From contig CAJINA010000104.1 of NCBI GenBank assembly GCA_905176665.1, forward strand, positions 36,699 through 100,698: a stretch of DNA of 64,000 nt, written 5' to 3'. Source of the stretch: Olavius algarvensis Delta 4 endosymbiont (GTDB lineage Bacteria; Desulfobacterota; Desulfobacteria; Desulfobacterales; CAJINA01). Shown here piece by piece: positions 19,971 to 30,521 of this stretch. Numbering within the stretch: the first letter of the stretch is position 1; the number at the start of each line of letters is the position of its first letter. A program made the translations under genes and the position numbers. Below the pieces are notes generated by a model. That model was not told the origin of the DNA and did no database searches. It was given only the letters and a program-made list of their open reading frames with translations.

Positions 19971-20843
19971 CTAGTCAAAGCAACCAATTGCCGCTTCAAC
20001 TACCTTTTCCGGCTTGACCGGCTTTTTCACGTACCCGCGAGTCCCCAATGAGGCCGCCGCCATGACCTCTTTCTTGTCCGCCGTGGAGGTCAGCACAAGC
20101 ACCTTTGCCTGGGGCGCGATCTTTCTGATCTGACTGATGGCCTCAAGACCGTCCATATTCGGCATCACCATATCCGTTATGGTCAGTTCGGGCCGCTCCA
20201 CCTTGAACTTTGCGACGGCGTCAGCCCCATCCACGGCCTCTACAATAGTACAACCCTGGTTCTTGAAAGCCTTGACCAGCACTTTGCGAATTGTCCGGGA
20301 ATCATCGACGACGAGTAACTTTTTGCCGGTCAATACGGTTTCCGCAAACTCTTCAAAGGTTGCAAACATGGAAATTGAGTCGCCGGCAACGCGCAGGGTA
20401 ACAATGTGAGTTTCGCGTCTGGTAGGCGCGAGTTTGACTATCTTATTGGAATTCAGCTTTAAAGGCGGGCTGAATTTGGTATCCTTGCCCAGTCTATCCC
20501 ACCCATCAACCGCCTCCCCGACCACCGCGCACAGAAACCTGGTAAGGATGTTCGCAACCTGATTGTCCAGTTCCGATGCCGCAGACAATTTGTCATCCAT
20601 GCCGAGTTCAGATGCCAGGCGGATTGTCTTTTTATAATCCGTCAGGCCCAGGAAGCATTGCCCGGCCAGCTTTTCTTTCCAATCTTCATATGGGACGGCA
20701 ATACCCGTGGCATAATCACCTACCTGGGTGGTCTTGCTGGCTTTGACAACATAGCTGTCGGTCTGCTTTCTGGCCATCTGCGCATATACCTGTTTGCATG
20801 CTTCGGACAGTAACTGGAGATATTTATCATAATTGACAGCCAT
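19971..20843 (-). CDS. Response regulator with C-terminal receiver domain and N-terminal domain of unknown function (possibly CheC/CheX-like)
   Basis: C-terminal KKLLVVDDSRTIRK...ELTITDMVMPNMDGLEAISQIR...K receiver. The N-terminal 170 aa are unassigned. Confidence 0.7.
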   Translation of the reverse strand: MAVNYDKYLQLLSEACKQVYAQMARKQTDSYVVKASKTTQVGDYATGIAVPYEDWKEKLAGQCFLGLTDYKKTIRLASELGMDDKLSAASELDNQVANILTRFLCAVVGEAVDGWDRLGKDTKFSPPLKLNSNKIVKLAPTRRETHIVTLRVAGDSISMFATFEEFAETVLTGKKLLVVDDSRTIRKVLVKAFKNQGCTIVEAVDGADAVAKFKVERPELTITDMVMPNMDGLEAISQIRKIAPQAKVLVLTSTADKKEVMAAASLGTRGYVKKPVKPEKVVEAAIGCFD

Positions 20844-21207
20844 GGAATGTGTCTCGCTTTGTTGTTCAGTGGGCAGTCTGGTTGGTCACAAGCCGCGTGT
20901 ACCCACACCCGGCCATCTTATGTTTTATCGGCATATAGACAAGCAACTTGAGGTAATGATCACGGGAAAACCGCCCTGAAAATTGCAAAAGGTCTAAATT
21001 GTTTTAGTATTAGACAGTTAAAATGTCATTTTCTTTTAAAATGCTATTCATTGGTTGGCACGGGCATTTACGGTATAGCTAATTGCAACGGCAACTGCCG
21101 GCATTGATTTGTTACCGGACCAAAGGATATCTCTATGTATGTAGTTTTTTATGGCTTGTGGCACCTACATGAAGCTATCCTGAGACAGAACTCACCTGAA
21201 AGGACCG

Positions 21208-21945
21208 TTGGGGAACATGTTGACTACCACGACCAATAGTATCGGCATGGAATTCGTTTCGATTCCATCGGGTTTTTTTAAAATGGGCGGGGACAAGGTC
21301 CGCGAGCAGGCCGAGGATCATGAAAATCCTATTCATCGGGTTGATATCAGGAAAGGGTTTTTCATGGGTCGCTTTTCAGTCACCCAGGAACAATGGGCCC
21401 GTGTGATGGAATCCAACCCCAGCGAATTCGCCGGTGGCCAGCGACCGGTGGAATGTGTCTCCTGGCATGACGCCCAGGTGTTCATTGAAAGCCTGAACGC
21501 CAGCGAGAACACCCGGACATACCGCTTGCCAACCGAAGCAGAATGGGAATATGCGGCCCGGGCCAACTCAACGACGGCTTATTCATTTGGGAATGAAACC
21601 AGCTCATTGAGCGCACACGCCTGGTTTAAAAAGAATGCCGGGGACATGACACAGCCGGTTGGACAACTCGAACCGAATGAATGGGGGTTGTATGACATGC
21701 ATGGCAATGTCCATGAATGGTGCCAGGACTGGTTTGATCGAAACTATTATACCCAGAGCCCGAAAACAGATCCCACAGGCCCATCTACAGGCCTGGCCCG
21801 GGCTTTGCGGGGCGGAGACTGGAGCAGTCTTGACTGGTATTGCCGCTGTGCTTCCCGCAGTCTCAGCTCACCGGATCGCCGCAGCAGCCGCGTGGGGTTT
21901 CGCCTGGTTCGTGAGGTAAATGAAAATGATAGCCAAGCTGCGTAA
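21208..21945 (+). CDS. Formylglycine-generating enzyme (FGE/SUMF1) family protein
   Basis: PVECVSWHDAQVF, RLPTEAEWEYAAR, GLYDMHGNVHEWCQDW, RGGDWSS. The full FGE-sulfatase domain signature set. Confidence 0.85.
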   Translation: MGNMLTTTTNSIGMEFVSIPSGFFKMGGDKVREQAEDHENPIHRVDIRKGFFMGRFSVTQEQWARVMESNPSEFAGGQRPVECVSWHDAQVFIESLNASENTRTYRLPTEAEWEYAARANSTTAYSFGNETSSLSAHAWFKKNAGDMTQPVGQLEPNEWGLYDMHGNVHEWCQDWFDRNYYTQSPKTDPTGPSTGLARALRGGDWSSLDWYCRCASRSLSSPDRRSSRVGFRLVREVNENDSQAA

Positions 21946-22468
21946 TCTATATGAGGACCTGGAATACCGACGTTATGCCTTGATAGAGGAACTCGAACTC
22001 TGCTCGAACGCTGTGCTCAGATTTCGACCAGGGCCGGATCGCTGGTCGATCCTCATGGTCGTTGAACACATGATCATGGGCGAAAGAGGTGTTAGGTTGA
22101 AAGGGGCCGAAATCCTTGGCGAACAGATCGAAGCTGACCCGCAATCCGAAAAGCTGTTCAAAATGGTCATTGAGATCCTGGATAAAGACGTGCCGGTGGA
22201 TGTCCCGGATCCGAGCATAGAGCCGGTTGGCAATAAAGACCTGCCGGACCTCCTAAAGCTCTGGGATACTGAACGTGAAAAACTCGGTAATCTCCTGGAG
22301 ACCGTCACACCGGCAGATGTGGGCAAAGTGGTGGCCAGGCATACGGTCACCGGGCCACTGGATCCAGTCAGGACATTAGAATTGGCCCTGGCGCATTTCG
22401 AAACCCACCACCGCCAAATCCGCCGTATTCTCAAAGATAAAAAATCAGGTGCGGCAATCAATCCTTAG
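21920..22468 (+). CDS. DinB/YfiT-like (DinB_2 superfamily) four-helix protein
   Basis: 182 aa. Pattern of conserved His in helices (HMIMGE..., HFETHH) resembles DinB_2. Overlaps the FGE gene by 26 nt. Confidence 0.45.
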   Translation: MKMIAKLRNLYEDLEYRRYALIEELELCSNAVLRFRPGPDRWSILMVVEHMIMGERGVRLKGAEILGEQIEADPQSEKLFKMVIEILDKDVPVDVPDPSIEPVGNKDLPDLLKLWDTEREKLGNLLETVTPADVGKVVARHTVTGPLDPVRTLELALAHFETHHRQIRRILKDKKSGAAINP

Positions 22469-23087
22469 CGCGTTCATGCGCTGAAAGCTTTAAGTCAGGA
22501 TAGAGGGTGTGGACACAATCGGGGCAGAGGCTGTGGGTCAGTTGGGTGCCGGCCTTGCGCCCCAAGTAGTCTTCAATGGTTTCCCACTGATCTTCAGGGC
22601 TTCTTATCTTCTTGCATTGTGAACAGATGGGCACCATTTCTCTCAGAACGACAAGTTCTGTAATGTCTTCCAATGCCAATATGGCGTATGGTTGCCCCTC
22701 GTGTTGAAAGGGCGACCCGGAAACCAGATAAACACACCGGTAAACATCATTCTTTGCCTGTCTTAAAAATTCGACCTTTCTTTTGACAACATGCTGCCCG
22801 GTGCAGCAATCACGAACCGTATTCCTGATCACACAATCGGGACAATGTTCTGCTGTCCCGCAACCAGCCGGGGCATTCATAGCATGGACACAATGCAGAA
22901 TCTCACCGCTCAAACGATGAAGGGAAACATCCTTCATGTTATTGGTAAGTTGAGCGCCGTAATGGTTCATGTCTACAACCCGAGCGTCTTGATCTACAAT
23001 GAATAGCGCGGACGGTATGGTATCGATGACGGTTCGTAGATTCATATCTTTCAGGCTTTTTGGAGACGCCATGGTACAATCCTTCAT
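22458..23087 (-). CDS. Cys-rich PAS-domain sensor protein with C-terminal CxxC…H…H…CPxC zinc-ribbon-like tail
   Basis: PAS fold (IPSALFIVDQDARVVDMN...). Cys cluster CGTAEHCPDC...DCC. C-terminal PICSQCKKIRSPEDQWETIEDYLGRKAGTQLTHSLCPDCVHTLYPD. Confidence 0.7.
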   Translation of the reverse strand: MKDCTMASPKSLKDMNLRTVIDTIPSALFIVDQDARVVDMNHYGAQLTNNMKDVSLHRLSGEILHCVHAMNAPAGCGTAEHCPDCVIRNTVRDCCTGQHVVKRKVEFLRQAKNDVYRCVYLVSGSPFQHEGQPYAILALEDITELVVLREMVPICSQCKKIRSPEDQWETIEDYLGRKAGTQLTHSLCPDCVHTLYPDLKLSAHERAKD

Positions 23088-23232
23088 ATAATTTTCGAGT
23101 CGATGGGTTGCCTACCTCTCTACCCTGGTATCGGCCCTGCCTTGTAATCCTTTAGTTTAACTATAAAAATAAATACAAAACACTACTTGTAAAGGAAACA
23201 GACTTCAGCATTCGCTCTTACTTATCCAGTGG

Positions 23233-26200
23233 CTAGCGTCGACCATCACCTACAATGGCATAGGGCGCCCAGAAAATCGGATGGGCGTATGAAAACCCCT
23301 GGTCATGATTCTTGGCAATCATGGCATTCATTGTCTGACGCAGCGCTTCGGCCCGGTTGATACCCGGGTTTTCCAATTGCCGTTTGAACAGGTCAGTGGT
23401 TAATAGTTTCGCACTCACCGTCTCCACCGGCCAGCCGGTCACCAGCATAGACCGGGCCCCGGCATAGAAAAAGGCTTGTCCCAATCCGGACACTGCTTCG
23501 GCGCCCTCACCTTCGGCCGCCCCGGTGTTGCAGGCCGACAAAACAACCCAGTCGGCATTGAGCCGCAGCCCCATGATTTCACCCATGGTCAGCAGGCCGT
23601 CCTCGTCTGGGTTACCGGTGATATCCGGGGCGCTCAGGGCCAGGGCCGGCTGATCGAGCCCGTCCAGGTCGCCCGGCACCAGGCCGTGGGTGGCAAAGAC
23701 CACCACCTTGCGGTTGCTCAGGTCCAGGGATTTAACAATCTGCTCGCTGGCCTGTTTACCGATGAACACATCCTTTTCAGTGTCCGCATTCAGCGAAACG
23801 GCAATATTGAGGACCTCCTCACGGGTATCCGGCAGACGGTTAAGCATGCTGATGTCAATGGATGCAATCTTCTTCTTGTCGATCCGGCCGGCTTCGGTCA
23901 CCCGGATGCCGCGCATCTGGATGGGAGCATTGCGCATGGCCAGCATCTGGTCCTGCATGGCTTCGTCCTCTGCTTGGGCCAGTTGATCTTTATTGAAGTA
24001 GGGATCACCGAATCCGGCATAGGCGGCCCGTTCAGTTTGCTGGGGAACAATGGAACGCAGGTTGACCAAAGCGGATACCGACGGCAGGACCGTCACCGAA
24101 TGGTGTCTTATCAACCAGTCGACATCCTGATAATTTGAAAAGACCGGTTTGCCGGTTGCGGCTTCGGTTTTGAATTTCGCCTTAGTCGGCAGGATGGAGA
24201 GTGGTATCTGGCCGATCGGTCCCTGGGTGATCACCATCAGATGCTCGGCTTCTTTCCAGCCGGTTTCGACTGGTTTAAGCGTCTGCTTATACAGACTGTA
24301 GGCCAGTTCCAGGTCAAACTGCGGCAACTCCAGGATCCCGAACACCTCACCCGGATTGAGGGCTTTTCGCAATTTGCCCACCACGCCTGCCATTTTTTCT
24401 TTTCCGATGGGAACCTTGGCCAGTGCTACTGGCCCGGTTTTGGGGATGGCCCAGATAAAGGTATAATCTTTTCCCGAGAAGATAGATATCAGGGTCTCGC
24501 TCTCATCCAACGTAGTTCGGACCTTGGCCACATCGGCACTCTCCAGGTTTACGATATTGGCGTACTCGGGAAAACTATTTTTAATCTCCTGTTCCAAAGT
24601 CTTTACTGCCAGATGAACGGTCGTTACCTGGTCGCGCAGTTCATTGATGACTTCGGTATTGATCAACTCTAGTGGTGCAAAAAGGGCATTGTTCAGTCGG
24701 TTTTTAAAAGCGGACAGTTTCAATTCCAAATCCTGACGCTGCCGGATCAGGCCAGCCAGGCCAGGGTCTTTCACTGCAACACGAGCTGAGCTTTGGGCTA
24801 CTGCCCGGCCGATCAGCTTGTCCTGCAAGGCGCTGGTATATTTAAAACTATTTTCGGCGTCCTCAGATTTGCCACTGTCGGCCAGCAGCGCCAGGTAGGC
24901 TTCCAGAATCAGTTTAAACTTAAATGGCCGCGCATTCTCCGAGTTGATGCCCTCCTCCTTGGTTTCCCATTTTTTCAGCAGCATGGGAACATATTGGTCA
25001 AATGTTTTCAGCGCGGTCTTGGGTTGGCCGAACCTTGCCAATGCAATAGCGTGTAACCCTTTCAGTTCAGCCTGTTTATAGGTATCCGCACCTATAATTT
25101 GTTCACTTTGCCGGACGGCGAACTCAAGCTTATCAATGGCCGCCTGAATATCGCCGCTCATCAACAGAGCCAGCCCCCATTCGGCACTCCCTTTAAACCG
25201 ACGATTAAAGGTCGCCGGGTCGGTTTTCAACTCATCCTCGATCAGCTTGAACTGCTCCAGCGCGTCCCTGTACTGACCAAGGGCAAACAGGGCTCGCGCA
25301 TAATCTTCCCGGGCTTTTGCCCTAACAAAGGCGTCAATGGGAGCCCGCAAAGACATGGTCACATGCAACGCCGTCCGCGCACATACGCTGGCATCTTCAA
25401 AGCGGCCCTGTGCGAAAAAAATGCGGCTCAAAGTCAGGAATGCGTGCGGTTGGATGTTTACGTGCCCCAGGCGAACAGCTTCGCGCACCTGTATTTCTGC
25501 TTCCGTTACACGCCCCTGCGCCAGCAGAACCCGAGCAAGATTTACATGGGCTTCGGGTTCATGCGAGGTTGGCTCGGCCAAGCGGCCATTGTGGCGGAAC
25601 TTATCAAGGTCAATCAGAAGCTGTCGATACGCCTGCTCGGCCGCCGCCAAATCCCCGCGGGCAAAATCAACTGCTGCCCTGGACCGGGTGACGACTGCCT
25701 TCATCAGAAGTGATCTGGCGTGGGTACTGTGGTTTCGCCCCGTCCAGGATCTATATTGGCTATAGTAACGATTGGCTGCAGAAAGCGCCGGTTCGGCTGC
25801 TTTGTAATCGCCGGCCTCTGCCAGGATTGAGGTCTTGAAGGCATACGCTTCAGATTTATTCCCAGACATCCTTTCAGGCGCTTTGGAAATTGCCAGGTCT
25901 GCCAACCGGATTGAAAAGCTGAGGTTGCCCAGTAAAAATTCATCATAGGCCCAAGTGGCATAAAATCTGGGCTCATCATACTTGCGTTGTTTCTTTACGC
26001 CTTTATAGAGGTCATTGAGTTCCGCGTCGGTATACCTTTTACGGGGAATCAGGAATTCTGCGGGCACATTGGGTGGGTCTTTATAGTAGGCCACCTTCCG
26101 CTCGATCAACTCCCCCAACCCTCGTGGCGGAACGATCTTATATGTCTCCTGAAACTCAATGGCCACATCCTGGGCCTCTTGAACAGACATAGTGTTGGTT

Positions 26201-26274
26201 TTACACCCGGTGATGATTCCAACCATAGCTATGAATACAAGGATCTTGAGCAACCGCGCAGAAGTCGTATGCAT
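23233..26274 (-). CDS. CHAT-domain (caspase-like) protein with TPR repeats, lipoprotein
   Basis: Lipobox IITGC after a signal peptide. Central TPR-like repeats. C-terminal CHAT with His/Cys dyad context (VVFATHG... VVLSACNTG). Confidence 0.85.
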   Translation of the reverse strand: MHTTSARLLKILVFIAMVGIITGCKTNTMSVQEAQDVAIEFQETYKIVPPRGLGELIERKVAYYKDPPNVPAEFLIPRKRYTDAELNDLYKGVKKQRKYDEPRFYATWAYDEFLLGNLSFSIRLADLAISKAPERMSGNKSEAYAFKTSILAEAGDYKAAEPALSAANRYYSQYRSWTGRNHSTHARSLLMKAVVTRSRAAVDFARGDLAAAEQAYRQLLIDLDKFRHNGRLAEPTSHEPEAHVNLARVLLAQGRVTEAEIQVREAVRLGHVNIQPHAFLTLSRIFFAQGRFEDASVCARTALHVTMSLRAPIDAFVRAKAREDYARALFALGQYRDALEQFKLIEDELKTDPATFNRRFKGSAEWGLALLMSGDIQAAIDKLEFAVRQSEQIIGADTYKQAELKGLHAIALARFGQPKTALKTFDQYVPMLLKKWETKEEGINSENARPFKFKLILEAYLALLADSGKSEDAENSFKYTSALQDKLIGRAVAQSSARVAVKDPGLAGLIRQRQDLELKLSAFKNRLNNALFAPLELINTEVINELRDQVTTVHLAVKTLEQEIKNSFPEYANIVNLESADVAKVRTTLDESETLISIFSGKDYTFIWAIPKTGPVALAKVPIGKEKMAGVVGKLRKALNPGEVFGILELPQFDLELAYSLYKQTLKPVETGWKEAEHLMVITQGPIGQIPLSILPTKAKFKTEAATGKPVFSNYQDVDWLIRHHSVTVLPSVSALVNLRSIVPQQTERAAYAGFGDPYFNKDQLAQAEDEAMQDQMLAMRNAPIQMRGIRVTEAGRIDKKKIASIDISMLNRLPDTREEVLNIAVSLNADTEKDVFIGKQASEQIVKSLDLSNRKVVVFATHGLVPGDLDGLDQPALALSAPDITGNPDEDGLLTMGEIMGLRLNADWVVLSACNTGAAEGEGAEAVSGLGQAFFYAGARSMLVTGWPVETVSAKLLTTDLFKRQLENPGINRAEALRQTMNAMIAKNHDQGFSYAHPIFWAPYAIVGDGRR

Positions 26275-26544
26275 GCCACTTCCTTTCTCTTTACAAACTG
26301 ATGCATGGGAATTTTTGATACCAATCCAAAAGTTGCAGAGGTACTATCGGTATGTTCGGAAAAGGGATGCTTTCTTATACCAAAAACTGTTGAGATTTTC
26401 AATTTTTCCAGAAAAAGTACCCCGGTATGAGTAGCGGTATAGGTAGGCGCCCGCATACGGATCACAGCTTCAGATCTTAAGGGCGGAAATGTGTTTAATT
26501 TCAATCTGCCAAACGGTTATGATCCTAATATTTGAACAAAGCAA

Positions 26545-27945
26545 CTAACGCTCAGGGTCATAACGGTACCAACACCATCTGCCGTCGGACTTTTGGGCCA
26601 TGTGTGAAACCATCAGCGGCGTCCGATACCCCTTGCGCTGGACATATCCGTCTACCCGGGCCCGGTTGCCCTGCCGGTCGAAACGGGTCAGAATGATCTG
26701 GTGGTATTGTATGGGGCGTTTCTGGTAGGCGCGCCGGATGAATCCCATTACCTGCTGCCGATTGTAGATGCCGCTGGACAGATAGTCAGGGGAGAAATAG
26801 TCCTCCAACGCCTTAAAGTCACTGCTCACGAGCAGGCGGGAATAGGCAGTCAAGAAATCCTGCACGTCATGGGGGACGTCTATGCGGTGGGTCTCTATAT
26901 CGCTGGCTCGGGCGACCCTAAACATTTTCATTTGTGATTTCGCTTTCTGAATGAGCCGGCGACGTTTGGAATGTACCGGCACCTGGGCGTGGACAATATT
27001 CAGAAAGCCGCAAATTTTGCCGCTGACCGTGCCATCGCTGCGGATCAAATAATGTTGAGTCAACGCCTCGGGACTCTGGTCAGAAAGCATCTCCAAGCCG
27101 CGCAGGTGTACGAATGTCTCCAAATGCCGAGGATCAATGCCGAAGACATAGGGTTCCCCCTGGAAGGCAACATAGGAAGTCACCCGCCGGGCACCATAGG
27201 CCGAATAGTCCAGGCCCAGGGCTACATCTGCGTGCAGGTAATCGAAAACGACGCCACTGCCGGGTGCTGAGTGTTCCGCGATAAATCGTAATGTGTTGTC
27301 AACGCCCTCCTGGGAGATGTAATAGGTCACACCCTCCCAAACGTAAAAAGTCTTCTGGTCGGTGAGAAAGGTTGCGGCGGCTAGCACGTCCGCCAATGAT
27401 TGGGTATTGAAGTCAATAGGCACGAAATGCACCCAATCGGGCCGCCGGCCCAATAGCTTTTCAACGCGGGCCTGTTTATCCATTGAAGTGGCCGGCAGAT
27501 CGACTTCGAAAAAGCGTGCCTGCGGGTAGGAATCGTGAAAACGGTAGGCCCGGCTGTCGAACCCGGCGCCCAGGATCACCACCTGCCGGCAGCCTTCCTG
27601 GAGGGCCTCTGCAAGCAGCGCATCCATGTGCAGGGTGCGGGCATTGACGTAATAGAACGCCCCGCTTTTCATCTGGTCCATTGCGATCTTGGCCGCCGCA
27701 TAGTCCATGCCCAGACCGGGAAAGCGTCCTTCCCACTCAGGGTTTAGAAAATGCCGGGCCAGATAATCCGGGTTTCTGGTTTTGGGGTCCGGGTCAGTAG
27801 CCCCGATGGTACGAAAAGCGCAGGTTGCTTCGGCCGTACGGGAAATCTGGCCGGGATCGACCCCAAAGGCCTGACCAGGCAGCAGGCTGCCCAACAGGCA
27901 GACCATGCAGATAAATACTGATAGATTGTGCCGGATTCTTTTCAT
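26545..27945 (-). CDS. Secreted class I SAM-dependent methyltransferase (leucine carboxyl methyltransferase, LCM/TcmP-like) with C-terminal SnoaL/DUF4440-like domain
   Basis: Signal peptide. RNPDYLARHF...VVILGAGFDSRAYRF motif of the LCM family. C-terminal about 150 aa small alpha+beta domain. Confidence 0.65.
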   Translation of the reverse strand: MKRIRHNLSVFICMVCLLGSLLPGQAFGVDPGQISRTAEATCAFRTIGATDPDPKTRNPDYLARHFLNPEWEGRFPGLGMDYAAAKIAMDQMKSGAFYYVNARTLHMDALLAEALQEGCRQVVILGAGFDSRAYRFHDSYPQARFFEVDLPATSMDKQARVEKLLGRRPDWVHFVPIDFNTQSLADVLAAATFLTDQKTFYVWEGVTYYISQEGVDNTLRFIAEHSAPGSGVVFDYLHADVALGLDYSAYGARRVTSYVAFQGEPYVFGIDPRHLETFVHLRGLEMLSDQSPEALTQHYLIRSDGTVSGKICGFLNIVHAQVPVHSKRRRLIQKAKSQMKMFRVARASDIETHRIDVPHDVQDFLTAYSRLLVSSDFKALEDYFSPDYLSSGIYNRQQVMGFIRRAYQKRPIQYHQIILTRFDRQGNRARVDGYVQRKGYRTPLMVSHMAQKSDGRWCWYRYDPER

Positions 27946-27998
27946 CAGCTTAAGGATTTATAAGGTAGCAAAAATAAATCTGTTGATAGTTGAAGTTT

Positions 27999-28610
27999 TT
28001 ATTTTCCAGGATAGATGTCGTCGTCGGGAAAACGTTCGGAAGCACATTCCGGGCAGATCCCGTGACTGAATTTGGCTTCAGACCGTCTCTGGATATAGGC
28101 CTCGATTTTATTCCAGTTCCCTTCATCATCTCTTACTTTCTTGCAGTAGGAGCAAACGGGCAGGATGCCTTGCAGGGTCTTGATCTCATTCAAAGCCTCT
28201 TGAAGCTGGTCTATCAGCTTTTCACGTTCCTGTTCAGCCCTTTTTCGTGCGGTGATATCGGTGGCAATTTCAAGTCTCACCATGCGACCATTGATCCAGG
28301 TAATGGCCCTGTCCCGAATGTCATACCAGCGACGGCTTACCGTATTTTGAAATTCCCAGGCATACAGCCCTTTCGGGGTTCCATCGGGTGCAACCAGTTT
28401 GTCGTTGCTGCAAAAATCGCACGGCGCAGCCTGGTTGCTCTGGAGAACCTGCCAGCAAGGCTTCCCAATACCATCTCCGAATATCTCGCGGGCATACTTA
28501 TTTAAAAACAGGAGTTCGTACGTCTGCAGGTCGGCTACGTAGACGATGGCATCCAGGCTGTCCAGAACCGTTAAAAGGATATTATGGGATGCTTCCAGAT
28601 TAGCGTTCAA
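27999..28610 (-). CDS. Cys-rich PAS sensor protein with C-terminal Cys4His2 zinc-ribbon-like tail
   Basis: PAS with C-x11-C-x2-C (GKPCWQVLQSNQAAPCDFCSND). Tail LPVCSYCKKVRDDEGNWNKIEAYIQRRSEAKFSHGICPECASERFPDD. Confidence 0.75.
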   Translation of the reverse strand: MNANLEASHNILLTVLDSLDAIVYVADLQTYELLFLNKYAREIFGDGIGKPCWQVLQSNQAAPCDFCSNDKLVAPDGTPKGLYAWEFQNTVSRRWYDIRDRAITWINGRMVRLEIATDITARKRAEQEREKLIDQLQEALNEIKTLQGILPVCSYCKKVRDDEGNWNKIEAYIQRRSEAKFSHGICPECASERFPDDDIYPGK

Positions 28611-28640
28611 TTACGACTCTCCTCTTCGTATCCGACAACC

Positions 28641-30521
28641 CTATTCAGGATACTCCAAGTCGGGGTATAATTCCCGGGCACATTCCGGACAGATGCTGTG
28701 GCTGAACTGGGCCTCCGAGTGATCCCGGATATAAGATTCGATCTGGTTCCAATAGCCGCCATCATCGCGAATCTTCTTGCATGAAGAGCATATGGGCAGC
28801 AGACCGCTTAAAACGCGCACTTCACTGAGCGCCGCCTGTAATTCGCCGATTAACCGTTCGCGTTCCTTTTCCGATTTTTTAGCAGCCGTCACATCCCGTA
28901 TTGATTCAATGGCGCCAATCGCCTCGCCACGGGTATTGTATAGCCTGGCGGCAGATCCGGCCAGGTAACTACCGCCCTCACCCATTAGCGGATTGAAGGA
29001 CTCGCTGGCCATGATGTCTCCTTCATCCCTGAAACTCAGGTAGGTGCTTTCCCACTTCGGATCGCCTTTCAATACAAGGTCTATCAACAGCGGCCGGGGG
29101 ATGCCATAAAACGGGACGGCATGGGCATGATTGCCTTTACCGAGCATGTTCTGTTTACTTACACCGGAAAGCCGCTCCATGGCCCGATTCCAGGCAACGA
29201 CCCGGCCCTGGGTATCGATCACCCAGGTGGGATCCGGCAGAAACTCAATGATGTCGGCCAGCCGTTGCTCTGAATCGGCCAGGGCCTGCTCAGCCTCTTT
29301 CCGGTGGGTAATGTCCCGGGCGACCACGACAATACGCTTCTGTTCATCAATAGTGGTTAACTCCAACTTCACTTCCGTCCAGAACAGGTCCCCGTTTTTT
29401 CTTCTTGACCGCCATTCAAAAAGTTGCGGCCCCTCTTCAATACCCTTTTGTATATACTTAGCAGCGTCTTGCTGGGTATAGGGCGGCTCACCCTGGGACA
29501 GATCCTCGGCCGTGCAGTTCAGCGCTTCTTCCCGGGTCATCCCGAACATCTCGCTGACCGTCCGGTTGACATCCAGGATCCGGCCTTGCATGTCATGAAT
29601 AAAGACCGCATCGCTGGTAGCGCCGAAAATCTCCCGGTAATACCGCTCGGAGTTGGCCAACTGCTGTTCCATCTGTTTGCGGGCAGTAATGTCGATGATA
29701 ACCCCTTCCGAATATCCTTGGTCAGGATAAAGGATAGCGCTCAGGGCGATATTTATAGGCGTACCGTCTTTTCGGGCCACCTCAATCTCATAGCCTTCCA
29801 CGAACCCGTCTTGTTCCAGCTTTTCAATGAGTTCTTCGCGACGCCTGCGGTCGGTATAGTGTTCCGATGTGATGAATTCAGCAATGAATTCATCAACGGA
29901 ATCATAGCCCATCATTCTGGCCAACGATTCGTTGGCGGCCAGAAACTTACCGTCTTCAATTCTCGTGCGATATATCCCTACCAACGCCGTTTCAAAAAGC
30001 TGGCGATATTTCTGCTCGTTCTCTTTCAGGGACGCTTCGGTCTTTTTCTGCAGCGTTAAATCGGTATGGGCGCCCAGCATGCGCATTGGTTTGCCGGTCT
30101 CATCGCGGATGGCGATACCTCGGCAGCGCACCCAGACCGTCGAACCATCTTTGTGCCGATACCGCACAACTTGATCATAGGGATGCGCAGGATCCTCGCA
30201 ATGCTTGTTGAAATTCTCTAGGGCCACCTGCCGGTCGTCCGGGTGAATGATATCCTGCCATTCAGCGGCCAGGTGTTCTTTGTCTCGGGGGTCATGACCG
30301 AGTAACGTCCAGAACCGATCACTCATCCACTCAATTTCCGGCTTTTCCAGGTCCCAGTACCAGATACCATCCAATGACCCATTTTGCAGAAAATCAAAAA
30401 TGGACGGATCGGACTGGATAAGGGCGTACAATTCCTTTTTTAGGTAATGGGCTTCCGGGTCCAGATGCTGGACTTGGGCGGCCAAATCGGGGTGGGTCGG
30501 CTTCGGAGGCATAATGAGCAC
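28641..30521 (-). CDS. Multi-PAS (about 4 PAS) sensor protein lacking a kinase, with C-terminal Cys4His2 zinc-ribbon-like tail
   Basis: Repeated PAS/PAC blocks. No HisKA/HATPase. Tail LPICSSCKKIRDDGGYWNQIESYIRDHSEAQFSHSICPECARELYPD. Confidence 0.8.
   Translation of the reverse strand: MLIMPPKPTHPDLAAQVQHLDPEAHYLKKELYALIQSDPSIFDFLQNGSLDGIWYWDLEKPEIEWMSDRFWTLLGHDPRDKEHLAAEWQDIIHPDDRQVALENFNKHCEDPAHPYDQVVRYRHKDGSTVWVRCRGIAIRDETGKPMRMLGAHTDLTLQKKTEASLKENEQKYRQLFETALVGIYRTRIEDGKFLAANESLARMMGYDSVDEFIAEFITSEHYTDRRRREELIEKLEQDGFVEGYEIEVARKDGTPINIALSAILYPDQGYSEGVIIDITARKQMEQQLANSERYYREIFGATSDAVFIHDMQGRILDVNRTVSEMFGMTREEALNCTAEDLSQGEPPYTQQDAAKYIQKGIEEGPQLFEWRSRRKNGDLFWTEVKLELTTIDEQKRIVVVARDITHRKEAEQALADSEQRLADIIEFLPDPTWVIDTQGRVVAWNRAMERLSGVSKQNMLGKGNHAHAVPFYGIPRPLLIDLVLKGDPKWESTYLSFRDEGDIMASESFNPLMGEGGSYLAGSAARLYNTRGEAIGAIESIRDVTAAKKSEKERERLIGELQAALSEVRVLSGLLPICSSCKKIRDDGGYWNQIESYIRDHSEAQFSHSICPECARELYPDLEYPE

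Noticed and set aside
21040-21200. TGGCAC-containing stretches upstream of the FGE gene as sigma-54 promoters
   Set aside because: The -12 element (TTGC(A/T)) is absent at the correct 5-nt spacing in both candidates.
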